Virus record (IMG/VR): IMGVR_UViG_3300009136_000002
Location: 1 to 64,000 of that record
DNA length: 64,000 nucleotides
From: a virus
Direction: 5' to 3' (one strand)
Shown here: one piece after another, positions 56,316 to 64,000 of the stretch
Numbering within the stretch: the stretch's first letter is position 1
Layout of the letters: each line of letters opens with the position of its first letter
Translations under genes and position numbers: made by a program
Notes under the pieces: generated by a model
Told to the model about the DNA's origin: nothing
What the model saw: only the letters and a program-made list of their open reading frames with translations
Databases searched by the model: none

Positions 56316-57263
56316 ATGGCTCTAACTAGGAGTGAGCTAGAGTCTACTACCCGATACCATTTCATCACCGATGGTGGGAAGGCCTTCGACCAGTATTTCC
56401 TGTCGAATTGGCTCATCTATCGGACGTTGAAAAGCCCGAAGTATCGTCCGGCGGGTGGTAGGCAGATCAAGGTTCCTCTGACTTATGATCGTCTGACAGG
56501 TGGGTCGTTTGACGGTGCGGATCAGTTTGATATTGCCCGAAAGGACATCATCAACTCCGCCCTGTTCGATTGGCGACACTACTACGTCAACGTGACAATC
56601 ATCTGGACGGAGGAATTGGAGAATGCAGGGCCGGAAGAAGAAGTCGATATGGTGATTACCAAGTTGGAGAACGCCCAGGAAACTATCCGTTGGGATCTCG
56701 GCGATGGTCTGTACTCTGATGGGTCAGGCAATCTCGATAAGGATCTCGATGGCCTGGAGGCGCTTTTCGACACCACCACATCGGACGAGTATGGCGGGAT
56801 CGCGGAGGATGATATGAGTCGATGGAGTGCTGGTGTGACCACTACCGCCGAACCCATCACATCTGCTGTCCTTCGTACCATGCGAACCGATGCCAAAATC
56901 GGCGATGCGGTCATGGACAAGCCAAGTCTGATCGTGACCACGGATGCGCTTCTCGATAGCTGGCTGAATCAGCTCCAGACACAGCAACGCTTTGTGTCGT
57001 CCAGGGCTGCGAAGGCTGGCTTTGATTCAGTCTATATGCTGGATCAGGCTGAGATATTCTCCGATGGGAAATGCCCTGATGGATTCGCCTATGCGATGAA
57101 CGATAGGTATTGGGGTTTCGCCGTGCATAAGAGCGGTATGTTCGTCAGGACAGCCTGGAAGGTTCCGACCAATCAGGCTACCAAGTCCATGCAGATCCTC
57201 TGGAAAGGCAACATGATCTGCACAAGGCGAAATGCTCATCGGAAGCACAGTAACTTGACCTAA
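56316..57263 (+). CDS. Major capsid protein (HK97 fold)
   Basis: GG..I.VPL.Y, A.FDW, EELEN.G, LYSDGSG..K.LDGL, YGGI, P.LIVT, Q.QQRF, AGF; AGGAGG RBS. Confidence 0.88.
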   Translation: MALTRSELESTTRYHFITDGGKAFDQYFLSNWLIYRTLKSPKYRPAGGRQIKVPLTYDRLTGGSFDGADQFDIARKDIINSALFDWRHYYVNVTIIWTEELENAGPEEEVDMVITKLENAQETIRWDLGDGLYSDGSGNLDKDLDGLEALFDTTTSDEYGGIAEDDMSRWSAGVTTTAEPITSAVLRTMRTDAKIGDAVMDKPSLIVTTDALLDSWLNQLQTQQRFVSSRAAKAGFDSVYMLDQAEIFSDGKCPDGFAYAMNDRYWGFAVHKSGMFVRTAWKVPTNQATKSMQILWKGNMICTRRNAHRKHSNLT

Positions 57264-57319
57264 ACCCCTATCTGGCGGAGAGGGGCGGCGCGAATCGCCC
57301 CTACGCTAAGGAGAGTCTA

Positions 57320-58066
57320 ATGGCTCAAGACACAACTGGAAGTAAGTATGGTTTTGAAACCACAACTGGCTTGACAATCCAACAGGGTTTCTTTGAGGAA
57401 TCCGAAGAGCCGAAGCACAATATCGGAACGTGCGTGGCGATTGCTGACGGTAGGTGTTTCCACTACTCGAAGGCGGGCGCTGTTGCGCTGAGTGCTGGGA
57501 AGCTCAACATGAGTGCGCTTGCAATCGCGGGCCATGAGGATTGTGATGTCGCCGCTGTCGTGGCTGCATTCAACAAGCAAGTCACGTTGACTCCGGCAAC
57601 TGCCGCTGTGACCGTGGATCAGTACGCTGAGGGCTATGTCCAGACTCGATCCGCTACTGGTCTTGGTCAAATGCGGAAGATCCGGAGCCATCCGGCTGCG
57701 GGGATCGCGGCCAATGTGGTTGTAACCTGTTACGATCCATTCACCATTGCGCTTGATGCAACCACCCAGGCCAATCTCATCAAGAGTCCCTATGATGAGG
57801 TTATCGAGTCTGCGGTTGAGGAGAATATCCCATCAGGCGTACCGCTGATTGATGTGCAAGCTGGTTATTTCTTCTGGAATCAGACGATGGGGCCAGCCGC
57901 CGTGCTGTCCGATGGAGCAATCGCCGCTGGCTCGGAGGTTGTTGCTGGTACTGTCGCTGGATCTGTGGCTGTCCAATCAGCTTTTCTGTTTCCGATAGTC
58001 GGCACGATGATGCTACTCAGCGTCGATGCCGAAAGCGCAGCGGTCTTTCTGCGGCTCGGAAAGTAG
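57320..58066 (+). CDS. Capsid decoration/cement-like protein
   Basis: DGR.FHY.KAG, YFFW.QT.GP; follows the MCP; Ala/Val-rich. Confidence 0.65.
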   Translation: MAQDTTGSKYGFETTTGLTIQQGFFEESEEPKHNIGTCVAIADGRCFHYSKAGAVALSAGKLNMSALAIAGHEDCDVAAVVAAFNKQVTLTPATAAVTVDQYAEGYVQTRSATGLGQMRKIRSHPAAGIAANVVVTCYDPFTIALDATTQANLIKSPYDEVIESAVEENIPSGVPLIDVQAGYFFWNQTMGPAAVLSDGAIAAGSEVVAGTVAGSVAVQSAFLFPIVGTMMLLSVDAESAAVFLRLGK

Positions 58067-58086
58067 GGACAATGCAGTAAACAGGT

Positions 58087-58112
58087 GGGGGAGTTTCGGC
58101 TCCCCCTTTTTT
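58087..58112 (+). terminator. Intrinsic terminator
   Basis: GGGGGAGT-TTCG-GCTCCCCC-TTTTTT. Confidence 0.85.
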
Positions 58113-58185
58113 CTCAGACATGGAAATATCCACCCACCTTGCCTGGGGTGTGTTTGGCGCTAGACAAAGCGTAAAAGGAGAAATC

Positions 58186-58443
58186 ATGGCTAATGTTTAT
58201 GACATTCAGAAGATTACCAACATCGGTGATATGCGTATGACGATCACGGAGATCACGAGTGATGGCTCTACCGTTGCCATTACCAATACCGATGTCGGTA
58301 TGCACAGATTCACTCACGCTTGGCTGCAGGACATTGATGATGGCGCAGCTCTCGGTCTGGAGGTAACTGACTCCACCACTCTGACGCTAACCGCAGCCAT
58401 TGGCAATACGCAGAAACAAATGCTGTTTGCCCTGGGTTACTAA
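58186..58443 (+). CDS. Small virion structural protein
   Basis: AAAGGAG RBS; beta-rich, ends ALGY. Confidence 0.6.
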   Translation: MANVYDIQKITNIGDMRMTITEITSDGSTVAITNTDVGMHRFTHAWLQDIDDGAALGLEVTDSTTLTLTAAIGNTQKQMLFALGY

Positions 58444-58450
58444 ATAGCAT

Positions 58451-58475
58451 GGGCGGGGTTACTCCCGCCCTTTTT
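58451..58475 (+). terminator. Intrinsic terminator
   Basis: GGGCGGGG-ttac-TCCCGCCC-TTTTT. Confidence 0.75.
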
Positions 58476-58486
58476 GGAGGAAGTCA

Positions 58487-59722
58487 ATGACCGCGAACCT
58501 CAGTACCATTAGAAAATTCGTCCGGCAAGAGGTTGACGATCCGGCTCCCTTGCGAAAGCCCGATCCGACTGTGAGCTTTCAGCACGATGGCGGTTTCAAC
58601 CAAACAACTGCCTTTGAGGATTCGTCTGAAAACTTTGAGACTTTGGGTATCGTGGTCGGTGATGTGATCTTCAATCTTACGGATGGTGGATCTCTTGCCA
58701 CTATCAGGGCTATCGTCGATGGGAATGCCACGATGGACAGACTAGAGGTGGATTCGATTGATGGTGGCAATCAGAATGAATACAACCCCAACGACATAGT
58801 TTACATCTATGATCGTCATGCTCAGAAGGGGCTTGATGGGACTCGGTTTACCAATTCAGAAGTCCTAGACGCAATCAATCAGGCACAGCTACAGGTAGCC
58901 AGGAAGTTTGGTGGTGTTCAAAAGACTGACGTTACCCAGGACATCAAGGTTCAAACCAAGTTTCCCCTTGATAACATTTCGGGAACCTTCGTTGTGGGGG
59001 AAACCCTTACGGGTGCGAACAATGGCTACACCGCTGTCGTTGAAGTCCAGGCCTCTGACTTCTTCGTTGTAGAAGATTTCAGGGATGCCTCTGGCAACCT
59101 GGATACCACAGCCCTCTTCGAGGATAATGAAGTCCTCACAGGGAATACGAGTGCTGCTACTTGTCAGGTGAACTCACCGGACACAAGCGGTGCTGTTCCC
59201 CCAGCTCTCCAGGGATACTCCGTCAACAACTTCAACGTGGGACAGAACTTACCCACCGATCTAAAGTCACTCGAAGCTGCCTATTATTGGGACGGTTCAA
59301 CTCGCCGTGGCCTCGGAAAGCAATACATTCAAGAACTCTTTCTTCACGCTACTCCTACCAGTAGCGGTCAACCATTCATTGAGGCTGGCTGGGATGATAG
59401 CGATAGGATCTGGCTCTGGCCTCATCAGGGATACGACGATCTTAACTCTCTCCACCTGATCTATTGGGGCTGGCCCTCAGACCTCTCCGCCGATACAGAC
59501 ACCACGGACTTAGACATTAAGTATGAGCGGCTGTTGATTCTTTTAGCTGCCAGGATCTTGTCGGGACAAATGAGAGACAGCGAAATGCACGAACGACTAC
59601 GGAATGATCTCATGGAGGAAACAGCCGATATTATGACAACTAGGGACGATGAGCCAAGGAGTTTCCGTCAAGAACTAAGGTGGAACCTCTACGACGAAAC
59701 TGCCTTTTATGATTGGTACTAA
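58487..59722 (+). CDS. Head-tail adaptor-like protein with inserted beta domains
   Basis: L..IR..VR..VDD, FT.SEV.DAINQAQ, LP.D, I.LWP, P.DL..DTD, LL.L.AA adaptor pattern. Confidence 0.6.
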   Translation: MTANLSTIRKFVRQEVDDPAPLRKPDPTVSFQHDGGFNQTTAFEDSSENFETLGIVVGDVIFNLTDGGSLATIRAIVDGNATMDRLEVDSIDGGNQNEYNPNDIVYIYDRHAQKGLDGTRFTNSEVLDAINQAQLQVARKFGGVQKTDVTQDIKVQTKFPLDNISGTFVVGETLTGANNGYTAVVEVQASDFFVVEDFRDASGNLDTTALFEDNEVLTGNTSAATCQVNSPDTSGAVPPALQGYSVNNFNVGQNLPTDLKSLEAAYYWDGSTRRGLGKQYIQELFLHATPTSSGQPFIEAGWDDSDRIWLWPHQGYDDLNSLHLIYWGWPSDLSADTDTTDLDIKYERLLILLAARILSGQMRDSEMHERLRNDLMEETADIMTTRDDEPRSFRQELRWNLYDETAFYDWY

Positions 59723-59736
59723 GGAGTATTCCCAAG

Positions 59737-62154
59737 ATGATAAAACGCACATCAGGTCAATTTAGAAATAAGTTTGGCAAGCTCGTCAAGGGGATCTCTT
59801 CCTTCCTGCTAGAAAAAGATGAGCTGTCTGATGTTCAAAATATGCTGCCTGGATACGAGTGGCGACAGCGTAAGGGCCAGAGTGAGTTGACCATCGTTCC
59901 GATAGCAGCCAATCTCGAATTCAAAAGTATGTTTCAGTTTACTCAGCTCAATCAAGCTGGAGATTATCTCCTGGCCCATGTGTACGATCCTGTGAACGGT
60001 GATCGAATCGTGAGAGCATCAGCTCTCCCGCCCGCTACTGGAATAACCTGGGTGGATGAATACACCCTTACTGCAGGGGGAGTGCCAGCGCAGTTTGCTC
60101 AGATCCTCGATGCCGTTATCGTGGCAAACGATAAGGAGTTTCTGATCTGGCGCGGCGAATCTCATTGGCCCACAGGTGTTTGGGTGTATGACGCTTCGGA
60201 GACTGTTTACATTGACTATTGGGACGAAATGACGGATGGCCGTGACACGACCATTCTGAATCTGAGTAGCTTTCCCACGGCGGATCGCGTTCACATAATG
60301 TCCGATATGCCATTCGACAGAATTGGCGTGACCGTTGGAAACCCGAATAGTGCTGCGGCTGTTCTTTCAGTCTTTACCTATCAAGCTGGTGTCTACACGG
60401 CGGTAGCAGGGCTTGTCGATGGCACGAGCGTTACCGGACGTTCCATTTCTGTTTCGGGAGATATTACTTGGAACCTTACCGGAAATGAATCACAGACCGT
60501 CATTGACGGACAGGGCGGCTTTGTCGCCTATCTCACCTGGAATAATGTGCTGGATGCAAGCTGTGATCTTACAGCTATGGATATGGAAACTGAGTGGGGT
60601 GAAGTCCAAGACGTATGGGACGGAGATCGTACAGATCCCTCCGGTGCTTATGTAACTGTCGATGATGTGACCTTTGAGGACTATCTAGTCAAGGTTTTAA
60701 ATACGGCTGTTTCAGATTACCTGGATGCTGGCGGTCTGCCAACGGCGGGGTACGTCTATGTTGGTTTCAACAGACAGGTAAATGCTATTGACTTCTGGCC
60801 CGATGTCGATAACGCACAGACAAACAATTCAAGCGTTGCCTCGTTAGAGTATTGGTCGAATACTGGAGCCTGGACAGCGGTAACAGGCTTAACAGATACC
60901 ACGGAAGCGGGCAATTCTTCATGGACACAGAAAGGAAGTATCGGCTGGAAAGCTGTAGATCAAGATGTAGAGAAGGCCAGGATTGTAGCTGGCGATATTA
61001 ACCCCTGGTACTGGTATCGAATCAAATGGGATGCAGCTTTCTCTGCAGAGGCAAGAATCTACAGGATCACAGGTATTCCCACGCCAAGAAGAATTGATTG
61101 GAGCTATGGCTGTACTGCTTGGAAGAGAAGGGCTTGGCAGATTGGCCCGAACAGACAAGCTAATACGCTGCGCTTTTCGGCTGATGGTTTGCCTAACACA
61201 TTCAACGGTGCTGACTCTGGCTACATTCAGTTTGGTGAAAGACCTGTGCTGGCTGCGATCCCCTTCTTCAATGAGCTTGTGATATGGGCTGACAAGGAAA
61301 TGTGGATGCTCCAGGGCGATTCTCCAGCCAGTTTTGGCCGGATGAGGTTAAGCGCCAGGGTCGGCATTGATGCTCCGCACTCCGCAATCTCTGTAGAGAG
61401 CGGTGTAATTGATTCGAGAAATATCAGACGCATTACCCTGGCATGGTTCTTCCAGGGGATTTGGTTCTTTGATGGGATCAGGTGGTGGATAGTCTCCTCT
61501 CCAGATATAGATTCATTCTTTGATGCAGAGCATGAAGATTACATCAATCCGGACTTCGCTGACAGAACCTATGGTGACTACGATCTCGAAACCGAATGCG
61601 CTTACTGGATAGTTTACAGCGGTGTTAATCAGACCACGCCCAACAAAGTCTTAGTGATGCACATTCCAACTCTTACTTATGGAATTTTCAAATACGAAAC
61701 AGAAATCTCTAGCATCCTCTCAGCCTTTAACAAGCGTTTCTATTTGGTCGGCGGAGCCTGGGATACTGGCAAACATTACTTACTCAATGACACCGACCAG
61801 GACGTTGATGCTACCGGAGTCGCAGTAGCCATTGATGCCTTTATGATTACTAAGGATATGTGGGCTCAGTACGATCATGGCTTGAAGCAGAGAGTTTTCA
61901 GTCTTGTTATGGAGTCCCAGGATCAAGGCATGGTTGAGCTGGATGAGTATCCCGATGGATCTAAAACACCACAAGCTACTGGCTCGAAGAAACAGACCGC
62001 GCTCGGCAAGACATTGGTTGATGTTCAATGGCAGCTTAAAGAGCATCCAGGCCAGCTTACTACTAAATTCAGAATTCGCCATAGGAGCCTGGGCGACCAT
62101 TTCATACCCTATGGCTACAGCACGACCTGGGATCAGGATAGGAGCGAAGAGTAG
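59737..62154 (+). CDS. Podovirus tail nozzle/stabilization-like protein
   Basis: DVQNM, R.G, W..R.W, LRFS...P..F, F.ELVI, LQG.SP..F, VG..AP.S propeller pattern; AAGGAG RBS. Confidence 0.7.
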   Translation: MIKRTSGQFRNKFGKLVKGISSFLLEKDELSDVQNMLPGYEWRQRKGQSELTIVPIAANLEFKSMFQFTQLNQAGDYLLAHVYDPVNGDRIVRASALPPATGITWVDEYTLTAGGVPAQFAQILDAVIVANDKEFLIWRGESHWPTGVWVYDASETVYIDYWDEMTDGRDTTILNLSSFPTADRVHIMSDMPFDRIGVTVGNPNSAAAVLSVFTYQAGVYTAVAGLVDGTSVTGRSISVSGDITWNLTGNESQTVIDGQGGFVAYLTWNNVLDASCDLTAMDMETEWGEVQDVWDGDRTDPSGAYVTVDDVTFEDYLVKVLNTAVSDYLDAGGLPTAGYVYVGFNRQVNAIDFWPDVDNAQTNNSSVASLEYWSNTGAWTAVTGLTDTTEAGNSSWTQKGSIGWKAVDQDVEKARIVAGDINPWYWYRIKWDAAFSAEARIYRITGIPTPRRIDWSYGCTAWKRRAWQIGPNRQANTLRFSADGLPNTFNGADSGYIQFGERPVLAAIPFFNELVIWADKEMWMLQGDSPASFGRMRLSARVGIDAPHSAISVESGVIDSRNIRRITLAWFFQGIWFFDGIRWWIVSSPDIDSFFDAEHEDYINPDFADRTYGDYDLETECAYWIVYSGVNQTTPNKVLVMHIPTLTYGIFKYETEISSILSAFNKRFYLVGGAWDTGKHYLLNDTDQDVDATGVAVAIDAFMITKDMWAQYDHGLKQRVFSLVMESQDQGMVELDEYPDGSKTPQATGSKKQTALGKTLVDVQWQLKEHPGQLTTKFRIRHRSLGDHFIPYGYSTTWDQDRSEE

Positions 62155-63272
62155 TGAGCAAACGGCGACCCTATATTTATCAGGATAGGGAGTGGGCTGA
62201 GATCGCCAACATACAAGAGAAAGTTGATGTCCAGGGCGATGAAGTCCCACTCAGCGAATTGGATCAGCCCTATCTTTATGGCAACGATGAGGATGATAAC
62301 TATCAGCCCTATGAATATGACCACAAGAAGCCTCCCCCTGGCATTGGCCCCTGGCCCCCCGATCCCACTCCGATCCCAGGGCCGTGCAATCAAGAGGGCG
62401 GCTGTGGCTTTGTAACGCTAGTGAGCGTCCCTGAGACTGTAGAATGTGATGATTCATACCATTTTCAAACTATTCATGTAGTTTACGGCTGCGAATCAGC
62501 AACATTTGAGGATGCCTTTCTCGTTTGGTCGTTACATGGCCCAGGCACTCTTACCCCTACGGGTGTGGGGGCAGTATATCAAGCTCCTAGTTGCTGTGAT
62601 GGCGATGAAGTCACAGTATGCGTTTCCTCTATTGATGGCTCCTGTGCGGATTGCAGAACATTCCACCTAGACTGTGCTGCCTGTTGTGAAGAAATGGTTC
62701 TTGTTGGAGCGGATACCGCAAATCCTAGCACGATTTATTCTGCTGCTATAGACCCTCCGTGTCCAGGTGCGGAATGTACCGTTACCAATAATTCCGGTTG
62801 CCCGATGGAGTGCGAAGTCAATTCAGATGGCACAACGGTAAGTACGGTTGTAGCTCCGAAGAATTGCGGATCTTTTACGATCACAGTAACGGAGAACACA
62901 TCAACACCGCAAAAACAAGAGGATAACTGCCCTGGTGAATCGGCATCAAAAGGTGTGCGGATCAATGGCAATGGTGGTTTTTGGAAAACTTGTTGGTCAA
63001 CGGGCAGCATATTCTGTAATGGCCCCTTCTGTGGTTGTAGTTGGGAGGATGGTGAACGAAGGTGGGGTGTGTCGGTAGGCGCAGGGATATTGTGTGGCCC
63101 TGATGCTCATACGCGCCATTGCTTTGAGGATTGGCCCCTAACAACAGGGAATATAATTTTCTCACAATATATTGATGTAAAAGCCTGTGATACCAATGGC
63201 CCTTGTGCTGGTGGTCGTAAATGGGGTGATGGTATGTCCTATTGGGTAAATCCAGACTGTGAATGTATATGA
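62154..63272 (+). CDS. Cysteine-rich (about 28 Cys in 372 aa) tail-region protein
   Basis: Coupled to the nozzle gene; Cys counted from the translation. Confidence 0.6.
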   Translation: MSKRRPYIYQDREWAEIANIQEKVDVQGDEVPLSELDQPYLYGNDEDDNYQPYEYDHKKPPPGIGPWPPDPTPIPGPCNQEGGCGFVTLVSVPETVECDDSYHFQTIHVVYGCESATFEDAFLVWSLHGPGTLTPTGVGAVYQAPSCCDGDEVTVCVSSIDGSCADCRTFHLDCAACCEEMVLVGADTANPSTIYSAAIDPPCPGAECTVTNNSGCPMECEVNSDGTTVSTVVAPKNCGSFTITVTENTSTPQKQEDNCPGESASKGVRINGNGGFWKTCWSTGSIFCNGPFCGCSWEDGERRWGVSVGAGILCGPDAHTRHCFEDWPLTTGNIIFSQYIDVKACDTNGPCAGGRKWGDGMSYWVNPDCECI

Positions 63273-63772
63273 GCCGCAAAGAAAACATAGCCGGATACTG
63301 CGAATCATTTAATCCGCAACACCTCTACTCAGTCATGCAGTTTTTGGAGTGGTTTGGTTGCTGTGAAGATTTGATAGCTCCCATACAGGCATTCTTAGAT
63401 TCAAAAACCAAGGAACTCGCAACATTAAAAAGGAAAGCAAGGCAAGAGTTTGAAAAGGCTGGTATGCCCCAGGTGACTGATGAGGAAAAGCAAGTTTATA
63501 AGGATGCTGCTCCTTGCATTGAGAAGGTCGATCCATTAGATCCACTAGATGATTTTTGGCGCAGCGAACCTCAATTCGCTGAACCACCTAGACTTCGAGT
63601 GGTGGTGGGCTTCTGCCCCAAATGCACTAGCACGATGGTAGGTGATGTTTTGCCGAATTGCGAAACAGAAGAAACTGGCAGACATTTCTATAGCGAATGT
63701 ACTACCTGTCGATATTACACAGAAATCTTTAAAGGCCGTAAAGGTAGATTCATAGAAATAAAGGGGGAATAA
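63263..63772 (+). CDS. Hypothetical zinc-ribbon protein
   Basis: CPKC...ECTTC.Y. Confidence 0.55.
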   Translation: MYMSRKENIAGYCESFNPQHLYSVMQFLEWFGCCEDLIAPIQAFLDSKTKELATLKRKARQEFEKAGMPQVTDEEKQVYKDAAPCIEKVDPLDPLDDFWRSEPQFAEPPRLRVVVGFCPKCTSTMVGDVLPNCETEETGRHFYSECTTCRYYTEIFKGRKGRFIEIKGE

Positions 63773-63773
63773 A

Positions 63774-64000
63774 ATGTCAAATGGAACTACAGATTATTCG
63801 ACAAGAGGAATTGTTGACAGGATGCAAGCCGCGATAGCTCCAACTTTTCGCCAGGGTACTCAAGCTGTTCGTCAAGCAGCATCAGGGGCCGCTAGGCGAA
63901 AGGGTCAGTTTGGTGCTTTCGACATCGCAAGCCAAGCAACTGAACCCTTTGGGGCTCAGATGGGTAAGGCTGCGGCTGCGGCTGGGGTAGCTGGCGAGAG
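63774..64000 (+). CDS. Start of an Ala/Gly/Gln-rich protein, probable ejection protein (3'-truncated)
   Basis: GGGGG RBS-like run, ATG 63774, open to the window end: MSNGTTDYSTRGIVDRMQAA... Confidence 0.5.
   Translation, partial: MSNGTTDYSTRGIVDRMQAAIAPTFRQGTQAVRQAASGAARRKGQFGAFDIASQATEPFGAQMGKAAAAAGVAGE

Overview
The window is most of a tailed dsDNA bacteriophage genome with podovirus-like gene order and no tape-measure gene. From left to right it holds: a 3063-aa polyvalent/ejection-type protein (GHKL ATPase plus HExxH peptidase); a lysis cassette; a leftward operon (YqaJ exonuclease, RecT, non-coding RNA array, Ro60/TROVE, small genes); a Cro-like HTH and replication initiator; leftward small early genes; a divergent control region near 29.0-29.6 kb; and a rightward late region. 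The late region carries a 3504-aa serine-tract protein followed by a methyltransferase/glycosyltransferase/UDP-GlcNAc 2-epimerase cluster, then terminase, portal, scaffold, major capsid and tail genes. No integrase, DNA polymerase or CRISPR array was seen. Two systems stand out. (1) The whole 470-bp gap between recT and ro60 is a tandem array of five Y-RNA-like modules sharing a Ro60-binding stem but carrying different payloads. One is a complete CCA-ended tRNA cloverleaf with the Ro-binding hairpin inserted into its anticodon stem, and another shows a tRNA-Ser(GCU)-like anticodon stem-loop. (2) A mucin-like Ser/Cys/Phe giant protein sits next to its own probable glycosylation machinery. All functional calls come from motif recognition by eye; no searches were run.
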